Of a DNA stretch of 64,000 nt, positions 48,440 to 58,712 are shown piece by piece (the stretch's first letter is position 1; every line of letters begins with the position of its first letter). The stretch is taken from NCBI GenBank assembly GCA_964552775.1, contig CAZKIH010000014.1, positions 26,991 through 90,990 on the forward strand. The letters run 5' to 3'. Position numbers and translations under genes: made by a program. The notes beneath the pieces were generated by a model, which saw only the letters and a program-made list of their open reading frames with translations, searched no databases and was not told the DNA's origin. The DNA is from an uncultured Ignavibacteria bacterium. Its GTDB lineage: Bacteria > Zixibacteria > MSB-5A5 > CAIYYT01.

Positions 48440-49207
48440 TCAGCCGGTAGTAATTACGTGCAATGCCATCTGGCGATCCAGCGTGGCTAATTCGGCAAGA
48501 TTGGCGCTTTGAATACCCAATCGCGAAAGCGCTTTGCTTGTCGCGTGATATGGTTCGCTGCCCGGATTCGCGATTGGGTTCCAACGGTTATCGTGGCAGT
48601 GAGCGAGGTAAATACCGGCGGGAGCCAGACGCTGCAGGAGGCGCTGAACAGCGATGATCTGATCTGACTCGGGATAGTCCTGAATAGTCTTGCGCTCGAC
48701 GATAACATCGTAAGGCCCTGGGCAGATAGCCTGATCGAAGAGGTCGCCCACAACATACTCTACCGTGCCGCCGTCTCGGAACGAATTCCGAGAGAGAAAC
48801 CTTTCGCAATCTTCATCGGTAACAGCCGCATGTTCGAGCATCCATTTGCCGAGTCTGCCAACGACTGGCGAGATATCGAGTGCGGTTACTGCGAATCCGG
48901 CACGCGCGAGCGCAAACGGTTCCAGTGACGCTCCCGGACCAACGTAAAGAACAGCTTTGAGATTGAGCCGCTGGGCGGCTTCCACAAGTTGATGGCTATG
49001 GACCATGAGATCGCAGAAACCCGCCACATCATGTTCGAACTGGTTCTTCCAAAACAGATCCCAGCCGTTTGCGCTGTGGGGATCAGACGGCGGGAACATC
49101 CACTTCAAGTCTTTGCGGATATCTCCTTTCGACTTCTGATTCGGCTCGGCGCTCTTGCTAAAATGGGATTTGAACCATCCGACGACTTGCTGAGGAAGAT
49201 TCGACAT
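48440..49207 (-). CDS. Class I SAM-dependent methyltransferase
   Basis: GGAGGG RBS then ATG at 49207 (MSNLPQQVV); motif I VLYVGPGASLEPFALARAGFAVTALDIS. Confidence 0.7.
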   Translation of the reverse strand: MSNLPQQVVGWFKSHFSKSAEPNQKSKGDIRKDLKWMFPPSDPHSANGWDLFWKNQFEHDVAGFCDLMVHSHQLVEAAQRLNLKAVLYVGPGASLEPFALARAGFAVTALDISPVVGRLGKWMLEHAAVTDEDCERFLSRNSFRDGGTVEYVVGDLFDQAICPGPYDVIVERKTIQDYPESDQIIAVQRLLQRLAPAGIYLAHCHDNRWNPIANPGSEPYHATSKALSRLGIQSANLAELATLDRQMALHVITTG

Positions 49208-49314
49208 ACTTGCCCTCCAGGTTTTCTGCAAACTACTTTTAGAACAGTCTAAGTCATTTCGGGCCAATTGGCGTGCGTCTTCAAACTAATTTGAATTCAA
49301 GGCGCTAAGCGCCC

Positions 49315-52300
49315 CTACCCCTCGCACGGCGCTGCTCCCCCACCAAAGATATACTGAATCAAATACACCGCATCTGAGATGTTGATTCCACCGCTGCAAT
49401 TGGCGTCGCCTGCATCAAGCGGATTGGGTGCCGCGCCGCCCGCAAATATGTAATTGATCAGAAATACAACGTCGGAGATAGTCACTACACCGTTTCCATC
49501 AGCGTCACCGGGCACCAAAGTCTTGAATCTAAAAGTTTGCGATGACCAAGTAATTCCCTCGTAGAGATCAACAGCTTTGACCGTCCACCAGTAATCTTCA
49601 GAATAGCTGAGTGGTGAAGCTAGCGAAAAGATGGTATCAGCAATTCCTGCGAATTCCACTTTGAACAAGAATCCCGGATCGAGCGCCAGCACCAGAGTAT
49701 AGCTAACCGAATCAAGTGGGTCATTGTCTATAGCTCGCCGCCATGAGAATTGCGGAGTAACTCCCACCGAGAGCTTGTTGTTCGGTGGCAATGCCAAACT
49801 GAAACTCGTCGGGAAGTCGTTTCGCCAGTTTGTCCAGAAGTCGTAGGTCACAGACCATACCGAGACGGCACCTTCATCATCCGCAGTCTGAATACGGTAG
49901 AAATGGTGGGTCTCATCAGTTAACGAATCAACTTCGACAGATGGCTGTCCGAACGCTGTCCAATACGACTTGACATAGGGGCCGGCAAAATCGGGGTTAT
50001 CGTCAACAAGCACAAAGTACCGAAGATGTGCGGCATCATCGCTGGGATCAGGATCAGATGCTGAATACCAGGACAGCGCGGGAGTGAGGTCATTTACCGG
50101 TTCACCTGCCTTGGGGTATATCGTTGCGGACACCGCATGAGGAGGAGTATTGGCTTTGTTCAGGAAGAAGACATGCGAACCTGGCGAGAATGCTGATGTT
50201 CCACCGTACTTGTCGATGCCCCTTACGCGCCAGTGGTAATAGGAATCATCAGAGAGATCTCCGTAGCAGACAATCGAGCCGATCTGGAGGCCAGTTATCG
50301 CGTCCTTTGCTACCAGTGGATTTGGGCCAAGGCTGTCTTCGCGAATAGTCACATTGCAGAGCAGTACTTCGAACAGATTATTCGAAGCAATCTGCACGTT
50401 GTACCATAAGCTGTCATTGATGTCCAGATCGAGTGATTCGGTCCAGAGTAGCCAATCGTCAGCCAGAACTTCTGTAGAATCGATGGGCGCAAACACTGAC
50501 GGGGACGTCGGAGCAAGATTGGTGTTGACTACCAAGACAGAAACTTCAAGCGTGTCGGCCGCCAACGAGTCATCCTCCACGGTGAATGCAGGTTGAAAGA
50601 AACCAGCCTGTGTATAATCAGGGCTGAACTCGAATACTGCGCTGCCGTTTCCGCTGTCGACGAACGAGGAGTTTAGTGGTAAATCCGATGCTGCAAAATG
50701 CAGATCGTCGCCATCGATATCGGTTGCCACCAGGTGCAATCTGAGTGTATCACCTTCACTTACCAAGATCGAATCCATCTCCGGAAAGACGGGAGCATCA
50801 TTGCGAGCTACATATGAGATGGAAACAAGCAACGAATCCGCGAGAAAACTATCTGAGGCAATGACCAGGAAACTCGAGTCCGACGATCCATTCGGCGGGG
50901 CACCATGCAAGTCTGTCGAGTCGACACTTAGCCAACCCGGATAGTGCAGATACGATATGAGTCCCGTCGGTCCGTCCACGTCTGAAAAATCCGCGATATA
51001 GCTGAAGGGAATATCTTCGTAGGCCGTCACTTTGTCTTCAGAGGTAATCTCCGGCGCGGCGTTTTCGCAGGCAACCCCGTATTTGCCCATCAAGGCTTCG
51101 CACTCATTGTTTTCGGGTGCACACGGTGAGCTATTCCGAAGGTGATAATCTCCGCTAGCCGTATCGCAGAAGAGCGGATCAGCGGAGATATTTCCATTGA
51201 TCCCGAGTTGCGGCGCCAGGGAATCGGTCCAGTCACCACCTTCGTTGCCGAAGATGTTTGTGCAAGAGATCGAGACGTTCTCGTAGGAACCTCTGGCATG
51301 AATCGCAGGGCCATTCTGATTGAATGCGAAGATGCAGGAATCGAATTGGATGTGTCGATTGCTCGTTTTGATTACATAGACAGCCGCGCCGGAATCGGCA
51401 CGATTATTGATGAATGTACAGCGTCGGAATATGCCTTCATTTGGAGTGCTTCCTCCTTGCTCGTAGACTGCGCCGCCTTTCGCAGCTATATTGCCATCGA
51501 AGACTGTGCCGGAGATAGAGATATATAGAGGGTTACCCGACCGAAAATTGATTGCTCCGCCTTCCGAAGTGCTTGTCCCGTTCTTTCGAAACGTGCTGTT
51601 AGTAATCGTTGGCCAGACATCCCCAGCTAATTGTAGACCGTAGAGTGCATTTCCTTCGAATAGACAAGAGTCGAACGTCCAGTGAGCGTCGGCGGACTGT
51701 ATTCCAGCACCATTGTCAAGCACAGTGACATTGGTAAACGTACCCCAACCTCGTTGGTGCGGCGCCGCGCCGACTTCTGCACGATCAGGAATCGCGGTGT
51801 ATCCAATCGCACGCAAATTCGAATCAATCAGACAATCCCGAACAGATGCAATTTGCATGCTGAGAATTCCGGTGCCAGCGTTGTGGGAAATTCTACACCT
51901 ACTCACGGCGCTAACTTCAGAAACGCCGTAGCGGTGTATTCCATCCCCCTGGTTCTGTGAAATGATACAATCCTCCACTGAGCGTAGTACACTTCCAAAG
52001 GCTATTCCATGTCCTGAATTATTAGAGACTATGCACGAGCTGACCACTGATTCGGAGGACCGGAGTCGGATTCCATACTCACGATTTTCGACTATGCGAT
52101 TGTGAGGAAAGGAAGGAGAGGAGGATTGGCAGATAATTCCGCCATGACCATTCCGGATTGTGAAGCCAGTCAATACGCAGGTGGAGTCCTCGCCACTCAC
52201 AAACCGCACCACGCTACTGTCACCATTCTGGATCGGATTGGAGAGCGTATCGCCATCGATGATGGTCTGATAAATGTGCATCGTATCTGCGTCGATGAGA

Positions 52301-55300
52301 TAGTGGCTCGCAACAGTGATCTTCTTGCCAAGGAAATTGATGCGTTCAAAATAGTGTCCATTGTCGACCAACACTGTGTCACCGCTTACCGCAGCGTCAA
52401 TAGCTGACTGAATCGTAGGATACTCATGCGGCACCTCTCTGCGTGGGTCAGGAGTAGCGAACGGTAATGCACCCATGTCATTTCGCGTGCCGTCAGGGTC
52501 GTTGTAGATTGGCTCTGGATCGCCGGCATTGACGCATGGGGAATTAGCTGATAAATTGAAATTCAGTTCAACCGGCGCCTGGAAAAGAGGATCTGCCGAA
52601 ATATTGCCAAGCCCAGGAGTTGCCCCACCATCGTAATCAATTCCATTGTTCCAAACATCGTTATATGCGAGGACTGCGAAGTTGCCAGAGACTCCGTACT
52701 CAGATGAACCCACTACAATATTATTCTTTGCAACTGCCAGACCAGACAAGCAATAGAACCCGCGGCTATTACTCTGAAACGTGTTATTGGTTATGTCTGC
52801 CCGCGTGCTATCTATATAGACGCCGATACAGGCGTTTCCAACTGTGTTCGAAATGAAGAGGTTCTTCTCGATACAAGGATGGGAATTGTGGCAGAAAATC
52901 AGCGTTTGATCTCCGACAAGCCCTGTAAATTTGTTACCTCTGATTCTCACACGACTTCCATCAGTTGCGGTCAAGAGATGAATAGCATTAGAATTCTGAA
53001 ATGTGAACCCACTTACCTCTGAAGTAGAATCAACGCTCCCATCGCAAATCAGGATCGGTGTCATCGGCACAGCACCTTGGAGAATCGTTGAATCTGGACC
53101 TGATTCAGACGCCAGAACAATACTCTTCTGGACTAGATCGAGGTTTTCCAAGTAAATGCCTTTGGAAACCAGCACCGTATCCCCATCCACCGCCACATCA
53201 ATTCCTCGTTGTATGGACGCGAACGGATTCGTCTCACTACCGTCTCCAAATGAATCATCACCGTTAGGATCAATGTGCCAAGTCGGACCGGCATAAACGA
53301 GTCTAATTAGCTTGGACACAAATGCGTCCTTACTACCCAAGCTGCCATCAAAAGGTCTCGCCGTCGGGAAATTTGATGATTCAGTGCATCCAGTCACGTA
53401 CGCGTTCCCCGCCAAGTCCACCGCGATGGCATAGCCTTCCTCACTATCAGTGCCGCCCAGATAAGTGCTGTAAATCAATCTAGTGCCACCAGGACTAAGT
53501 TTCGTCACAAAGGCGTCACTACTGCCATTGTAACTGCCGTCAAAGGGACTGGCCGTGGGGAAATCAAATGACCGCGTCCCTCCCATCACATACGCGCTCC
53601 CCGCCAAGTCCACCGCGATGGCATAGCCAACGTCATCATTAGTGCCACCCAGGTACGTGCTGTAGACCAGGCTATTGCCATCCGAGCTAAGTTTTGTCAC
53701 GAAGACGTCACCACCACTATTGTAGCTGCCGTCAAGAGGGTTAGCAGTCGGGAAATTAGTAGACCGAGTATCTCCCGTCACGTACGCGCTCCCGGCCAAA
53801 TCCACTGCGATGTCACGGCCAAAGTCTTCATTAGTGCCGCCCAGATAAGTGCTGTAGACCAAGCTGTTACCGGCGGGACCAAGTTTCGTCACGAAGGCGT
53901 CATTGTTGCCATTGGAGCTACCGTCAAAAGGGCTGGCCGTCGGAAAATCGGATGACGATGTCCTTCCGGACACGTACGAGCTCCCCGCAAAGTCCACCGC
54001 GATGTCATAGCCTTGGTCATAACCAGTGCCTCCCAGATAAGTGCTGTAGACCAAGCTATTGCCAGCCGGGCTAAGTTTCGTCACGAAGGCGTCGCCACCA
54101 CCATTGTAGCCGCCGTCAAACGGATTTGCAGTGGGGAAATTAGATGACGACGTCCCTCCCATCACGTACGCGCTCCCTGCCAAGTCCACCGCGATGGCAT
54201 AGCCAACGTCATCATTAGTGCCACCCAGGTACGTGCTGTAGACCAGGCTATTGCCATCCGAGCTAAGTTTTGTCACGAAGACGTCACCACCACTTTTGTA
54301 GCTGCCGTCAAAAGGATAGGCCATCGGGAAATCGGACGAATAAGTTAGTCCGGTCACGTACGCCCTCCCCGCCAAGTCAACCGTGATGCTACTGCCAAAC
54401 TCGCCATTAGGACCGCCGAGATACGTGCTGTAGACAAGGCTATTGCCATCCGAGCTAAGTTTCGTCACGAAGACGTCATTATTGCCACCATTGAAACCAC
54501 CGTTGAGAGGACTGGCCGTCGGAAAATCGGAAGAATTAGTGCTTCCCGTCACGTACGCGCTCCCCGTCGAATCAACCGCGATCGAATAGCCTATGTCCTC
54601 ATTTATGCCGCCAAGATAAGTGCTGTAGGTTAGACCGACTGCGAGCGTACCCATCGCCTGCCGACTTGAGCCATTGAAATTCGATGTAGTTGTATATTCC
54701 GGTGACCGTGAGAAGGTAGCGGTACCGGAAAGGATGCCAAATGCCGGTGTCTGGAAGGGTACGATTAGGTCTCCCAGCTTGGTCCTCAAAATCATTCTTC
54801 CGTCGGCAAATAAAGAAGTGCCTTCGGCCCCATCATATTCAACTTTAATCTGTGCTATATCTGCACCCGGCGCGACAACGAACTCGTAAGCTGCCTGACC
54901 ATTACCGTCGCCGGCGTATTTCAGGTCGATACCGGGATAAATGTCTTTGAGCGTGATCGCTTCGTAGTTCGGCACGTCGGTATGCCACTTCGCCGGTTCA
55001 TTTCCGAGGAAGTAGTTGCACTTGTATTCCATCAATCCACCGCTTATCACTTGGGGATTCGCATTTGATCCAACGAACGAAGCCCTAATCACCAAAGTCT
55101 CAACGCTATCCGCCTCACGGCCAAATCTGTCCAATGATCGAAAATCGTCGACTCCCTGCAGTCGCACAGCCATTCGCTCTTCCGAATCAGCCTTCGCCAC
55201 AGTTCTACAGAACTGGTAATAGATGCCATCATTGGCTATCCAAATTGTTGCGCCACCAGCATCCGTTCGATAGAGAACCTTCTCATCCCACTGACCCACA

Positions 55301-55380
55301 TTCTTCGTGAATGCCACCGGCATTGCACTCACTTGCAGCGACAGCGCCAGGATGAACAGCGAAGCTATGGCGGTTTTCAT
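49315..55380 (-). CDS. Giant (2021 aa) secreted protein: about 8 SBBP beta-propeller repeats, two parallel beta-helix regions, cadherin-like and FN3-like modules, C-terminal dockerin pair
   Basis: Signal peptide MKTAIASLFILALSLQVSA; repeats ...VYSTYLGGTNDDVGYAIAVDLAGSAYVMGGT.SSNFPTANPFDGGYNGGGDAFVTKL... x8; beta-helix repeats; C-terminus GDADGNGVVTISDVVFLINYIFAGGAAP...GDANCSGGINISDAVYLIQYIFGGGAAPCEG, about 90% identical to the C-terminus of gene 23546.. Confidence 0.85.
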   Translation of the reverse strand: MKTAIASLFILALSLQVSAMPVAFTKNVGQWDEKVLYRTDAGGATIWIANDGIYYQFCRTVAKADSEERMAVRLQGVDDFRSLDRFGREADSVETLVIRASFVGSNANPQVISGGLMEYKCNYFLGNEPAKWHTDVPNYEAITLKDIYPGIDLKYAGDGNGQAAYEFVVAPGADIAQIKVEYDGAEGTSLFADGRMILRTKLGDLIVPFQTPAFGILSGTATFSRSPEYTTTSNFNGSSRQAMGTLAVGLTYSTYLGGINEDIGYSIAVDSTGSAYVTGSTNSSDFPTASPLNGGFNGGNNDVFVTKLSSDGNSLVYSTYLGGPNGEFGSSITVDLAGRAYVTGLTYSSDFPMAYPFDGSYKSGGDVFVTKLSSDGNSLVYSTYLGGTNDDVGYAIAVDLAGSAYVMGGTSSSNFPTANPFDGGYNGGGDAFVTKLSPAGNSLVYSTYLGGTGYDQGYDIAVDFAGSSYVSGRTSSSDFPTASPFDGSSNGNNDAFVTKLGPAGNSLVYSTYLGGTNEDFGRDIAVDLAGSAYVTGDTRSTNFPTANPLDGSYNSGGDVFVTKLSSDGNSLVYSTYLGGTNDDVGYAIAVDLAGSAYVMGGTRSFDFPTASPFDGSYNGSSDAFVTKLSPGGTRLIYSTYLGGTDSEEGYAIAVDLAGNAYVTGCTESSNFPTARPFDGSLGSKDAFVSKLIRLVYAGPTWHIDPNGDDSFGDGSETNPFASIQRGIDVAVDGDTVLVSKGIYLENLDLVQKSIVLASESGPDSTILQGAVPMTPILICDGSVDSTSEVSGFTFQNSNAIHLLTATDGSRVRIRGNKFTGLVGDQTLIFCHNSHPCIEKNLFISNTVGNACIGVYIDSTRADITNNTFQSNSRGFYCLSGLAVAKNNIVVGSSEYGVSGNFAVLAYNDVWNNGIDYDGGATPGLGNISADPLFQAPVELNFNLSANSPCVNAGDPEPIYNDPDGTRNDMGALPFATPDPRREVPHEYPTIQSAIDAAVSGDTVLVDNGHYFERINFLGKKITVASHYLIDADTMHIYQTIIDGDTLSNPIQNGDSSVVRFVSGEDSTCVLTGFTIRNGHGGIICQSSSPSFPHNRIVENREYGIRLRSSESVVSSCIVSNNSGHGIAFGSVLRSVEDCIISQNQGDGIHRYGVSEVSAVSRCRISHNAGTGILSMQIASVRDCLIDSNLRAIGYTAIPDRAEVGAAPHQRGWGTFTNVTVLDNGAGIQSADAHWTFDSCLFEGNALYGLQLAGDVWPTITNSTFRKNGTSTSEGGAINFRSGNPLYISISGTVFDGNIAAKGGAVYEQGGSTPNEGIFRRCTFINNRADSGAAVYVIKTSNRHIQFDSCIFAFNQNGPAIHARGSYENVSISCTNIFGNEGGDWTDSLAPQLGINGNISADPLFCDTASGDYHLRNSSPCAPENNECEALMGKYGVACENAAPEITSEDKVTAYEDIPFSYIADFSDVDGPTGLISYLHYPGWLSVDSTDLHGAPPNGSSDSSFLVIASDSFLADSLLVSISYVARNDAPVFPEMDSILVSEGDTLRLHLVATDIDGDDLHFAASDLPLNSSFVDSGNGSAVFEFSPDYTQAGFFQPAFTVEDDSLAADTLEVSVLVVNTNLAPTSPSVFAPIDSTEVLADDWLLWTESLDLDINDSLWYNVQIASNNLFEVLLCNVTIREDSLGPNPLVAKDAITGLQIGSIVCYGDLSDDSYYHWRVRGIDKYGGTSAFSPGSHVFFLNKANTPPHAVSATIYPKAGEPVNDLTPALSWYSASDPDPSDDAAHLRYFVLVDDNPDFAGPYVKSYWTAFGQPSVEVDSLTDETHHFYRIQTADDEGAVSVWSVTYDFWTNWRNDFPTSFSLALPPNNKLSVGVTPQFSWRRAIDNDPLDSVSYTLVLALDPGFLFKVEFAGIADTIFSLASPLSYSEDYWWTVKAVDLYEGITWSSQTFRFKTLVPGDADGNGVVTISDVVFLINYIFAGGAAPNPLDAGDANCSGGINISDAVYLIQYIFGGGAAPCEG
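53560..54290. repeat. Tandem SBBP-repeat coding units of about 165 bp within the giant gene, including an about 130-bp near-perfect direct duplicate (about 53581-53715 versus 54150-54285)
   Basis: Identical stretch ...CCAAGTCCACCGCGATGGCATAGCCAACGTCATCATTAGTGCCACCCAGGTACGTGCTGTAGACCAGGCTATTGCCATCCGAGCTAAGTTTTGTCACGAAGACGTCACCACC... read twice. Confidence 0.6.
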
Positions 55381-55760
55381 AAGGTCCCTCTCCCTTTACG
55401 ATCCTATCAATCAACGATTAGACTTGCCCATGACAGACTCGGTTGGTAGTCACTGGTTTTGCGAATAATCTGAATTCTCCCTAAATGTATAGAAATATCG
55501 ACCTTCGTCAAGGACAATCGGCTTTTGAACATGCAGCATACAGACCCGACAATGGGAGTCAGAGTTTGAGTGAGACTGTCCGCCAAGCCTCGTGTATTTT
55601 CTCATATGCGGCCTCAATCGCTTCTCGACCCAGGCTTCCTGGCAGGATCCAATTGTCGAGAAGCAACGAGCCGATGCACTCATCCCGCCACTAAGAAGAT
55701 TTCCCAGACTCAAAACTCGCCCTTTCTCGGCTGTATCTTCTTGATACGCAAGAGAATACC

Positions 55761-55789
55761 TTGACATTGTCGATGTGATTCCCTATATT
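55761..55789 (+). promoter_or_regulatory. Near-consensus sigma-70-type promoter (TTGACA - 17 nt - TATATT) with no obvious downstream ORF
   Basis: TTGACA 55761-55766, 17-nt spacer, TATATT 55784-55789. Confidence 0.4.
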
Positions 55790-56269
55790 GACTTGATTCG
55801 TCCATCGTTTGAGTTGAAAGCCGTGCCGCCTTCTGCGGACAGATAATGTCGATGACAACAACCTCAACAAGGCATGTACTGACCTGACCAAACCTTGGGC
55901 GCAACCGGTCCGGGTTCTCACTCGAACTTTGGACACTTAACCTGTCACTCATTACGAGCGCGTCGGCCGGCAGTGGGACAGCGATAGCCTTGGCTGTCAG
56001 TCCCAGATACCTTTGGCTGCTGCAGCGATCGATTCCGTGGTACGCAGAGTCGCGGACCAGACCCGACGACAACGGGCTGCGCCTCCCCGACACGCACCAA
56101 CGAAAAGAGCTTCGAGTGAGTTGCGCCGTTTGGCTCATCGAGCACTACGTTTGTCTTACTTGCAGAGGTAGGCAACCCGACTCATAGCGCCGTAAGTAAT
56201 TATCGTTCAGCATGTTGCATCGCCACACCTCATTCTTAAACCTGAACATGCATGGATTTTACGAGCACA

Positions 56270-56440
56270 TCAAGTGAATCCACTTCTGCCGACCCAGAAC
56301 ATTTGTTCCTCGATACACTGGCGGTAAATTTCCTGACTCAACTCAGGTTCCGAAGGTTCACAAAGTTGGTGAATCCACGCGATGACTATCAACTCAATGT
56401 ACATGGCAACTTTGATTCTATTTTCAGAATTTTCGATCAT
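56270..56440 (-). CDS. Candidate 56-aa protein with strong RBS (not in ORF track)
   Basis: AGGAGGAAGU then AUG; MIENSENRIKVAMYIELIVIAWIHQLCEPSEPELSQEIYRQCIEEQMFWVGRSGFT*. Confidence 0.3.
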   Translation of the reverse strand: MIENSENRIKVAMYIELIVIAWIHQLCEPSEPELSQEIYRQCIEEQMFWVGRSGFT

Positions 56441-56539
56441 ACTTCCTCCTATTTGATATTCCCAACCAGTGGGGTGTAATCGTAACGAGGAATGGAATTT
56501 TTCAAAAAAAGTTGTGAAATAGAGAAAATCGGTGGCACG

Positions 56540-57064
56540 TAGTGGCGCGTTATGTCACCTTATGTCACCCAAAAAAATGAGCTCGATCTGAAGCTATATG
56601 GTAGACAACTAATAAGTACTATACTAATTAGTTACTATACTAATTAGTAGTTCTCTTATTAACGCTTATGAAAAACTTATTTACGCTTAAAGAGGGCTTA
56701 CTAGTAAGCGTTAATTAAACCCCCTCTTTAAGCGTATTCTCCCCCTTTCTAGCTATGCTAAATCCCAGGAAAGAAGATTCCGGTAACCTGAGCTTATCCA
56801 CCCTCTTTACGGTTACCGGCGACCGCATGCTTGCGCATGCAGTCGGACAAGGGGTACTTACGTACCCAGAGTTGTAGTTGAGCTTAGTCCCTGTTCACCT
56901 GGAATCTTACACACGTCTTACCGGTAGCTGGTACTCGATAGCGTAGGATATCTGCACGTTGTTGATTCTCTAGAAAGCGCCAATGGTTGCTTAGGCCTGC
57001 CGCCCCCCCAAAAAAAATCACTTTTTGTTGTTCGATGTGACGATTTTTTGGGGGTGGTGTAGAT
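56540..57064. repeat. AT-rich iteron/palindrome cluster, putative replication origin or att-proximal region of an integrated element
   Basis: TATGTCACC x2 (56551-56569); (T)TACTATACTAATTAG x2 tandem (56617-56646); 14-bp inverted repeat ACGCTTAAAGAGGG (56683-96) / CCCTCTTTAAGCGT (56722-35) around the palindrome CTTACTAGTAAG; TTAACGCTTA / TAAGCGTTAA inverted repeat; hairpin CCCCCCCAAAAAAAATCAC...GTGACGATTTTTTGGGGG at 57014-57064. Confidence 0.45.
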
Positions 57065-57102
57065 TTATACTTGTGGGGCAGACCATCTGATAGAGGAGAA
57101 TT

Positions 57103-57990
57103 ATGATAGTATTTGACATTGAGACAGTACCAGCATCGGCCGGTGAACTTGTTGATGCAGAGAGGTATATGGCGAAGCTGCCTGACGCCCGAGCTGCTTT
57201 CGAAAAATTTATGGAGTCCCCAAGTGTTGCGGGAGCCGAAAAAATCGAAAAGTATAACGAAGAAGTTTGTAAAGCGGCCTCTCCGGACACCATAGCCCTC
57301 TGGCAGATACTCCAGAGCCTGTTTCTAAACGGCTCGCCAATCAACGAAATTACCGTCCGCAATCAGTTACCGCGTGGACTGTCGATCGATTGGGCTTTCG
57401 AGCACTCGGACGTCTACAAAGTTGATGTCTACATCTCGATCTTGAAAGACAACTATCTGCGGCGTTCTCTCTCGGCGGCTACCGATCGGGTGACCAAACA
57501 GGTGGGTGATATGAGTGTATCGGCTTCCGCTGTCCGCGACGACCTGCAGCAGACGATCCTGGATCTTGCGCTGGATGACGCGGGACATCGGGACACGTCC
57601 GTCAAAGCCGCCTTGAAGGTCGCAATGGCTCAGGCGCGTGATAATGCGGCTATCATGCGCGAGCGAGGTATGATAGGCATCGACCTCTGCAGCTCGAAAG
57701 TCAACTGGCTGACCGCGGGTGCCAGACGCAAGGAGTTGACGATTCTGGGAGGTCTCACGGGCATGGGCAAGAGCCTCTACATGAACGCCCTGGTCGATCG
57801 CAACAGCCGGGTACTCCGTCGCCGCGGTCTGGTCATCAGCCTCGAGATGTCGGCCTCGTCCATCTGTTACCGCCTGATCGGTACGGCCTTTGGGGTGAGC
57901 GCTAAACGTTTCGCCACGGGGTTTATGAGAAGACAGGAGCTGGATGATATTGGTCGTTTCTTCATTTCTTTGCCCCCATGGCAAAGAGGA
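57103..57990 (+). pseudogene. Truncated phage/plasmid-type DnaB-like replicative helicase (N-terminal two-thirds only)
   Basis: ...GIDLCSSKVNWLTAGARRKELTILGGLTGMGKSLYMNALVD...GLVISLEMSASSICYRLIG (Walker A plus DnaB motifs), then low-complexity Arg-rich tail and a GC-content drop after about 57990; the ORF to 58269 is not credible. Confidence 0.5.
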
Positions 57991-58484
57991 CAATTCATAT
58001 CAATATTTTCACCCTTAAAGTTAGGAGCATGCATGTCAGTACATTCGGCAATCAGTAGGAGACAGAGAAGGCATTGTGCCAGGGCTCGCAGGAGCTCAGA
58101 GATCACTTCAACAACCTGGCTAGATGTGAGGGGGAATTGCAGCAGAACCAGGCAGCAAAGGAGTCGCCAATTTCTCGCTGGGAGGTATCAGCAGCGTCAC
58201 TTCCACGAAATCATGAAAGCGGATCGCTCAAGATCAAAACCTCGAATTTACACCAAGAGGACACCATGAAGAAACTCAATCTAACTTCAAAGTCTAGAAG
58301 GATGTCACAAGTAGCCATGAAACTGAACTTCGGAAACGACCACTAAATGGAGATCTGTGTGGAAGCCTATGAGTAGTATCAAAAAAACACAGTGTGTGAG
58401 CGAAATGGAATTCAGGACCCTGAATCCCGAGTCACCAAAAGTATCAACCTGTTCAGATGCCGACTGGACATTGCGAGAGAATTA

Positions 58485-58712
58485 ATGGACTGGAAAGAAA
58501 CAGTCGAATCAATAGCCGTCGAGTTAGGCAAGAGTACATCGTGGGTCTACAAGGCCACGAGCACCGGTATCCTGCCTTGTATTCACATCGGAGGAGGTCT
58601 TCGATTCAACAAGGAAGAAGTGTGGGCTCATCTTGCGGACCAGCGACCAAAGAAGCGCGGTCGACCGTGTAAGGGAGCACGCGATGTCACGAATCAAGAA
58701 AAGAGGCAATAA
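58485..58712 (+). CDS. xis: Excisionase/HTH_17-family DNA-binding protein
   Basis: MDWKETVESIAVELGKSTSWVYKATSTGILPCIHIGGGLRFNKEEVWAHL matches the excisionase/AlpA winged-helix pattern; overlaps the integrase start. Confidence 0.55.
   Translation: MDWKETVESIAVELGKSTSWVYKATSTGILPCIHIGGGLRFNKEEVWAHLADQRPKKRGRPCKGARDVTNQEKRQ

Noticed and set aside
55710-56187. Several 60-140-aa ORFs on both strands between the giant gene and the mobile-element remnant
   Set aside because: They overlap one another, lack RBS and have biased Arg/Ser translations. The region is treated as non-coding, with promoter and small-ORF candidates reported separately.
57990-58269. 3' continuation of the 57103 ORF (RRQRRHCARARRSS...)
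   Set aside because: Low-complexity Arg/Ser-rich tail after an abrupt loss of DnaB similarity, with a GC drop. Interpreted as read-through into non-coding DNA after truncation.
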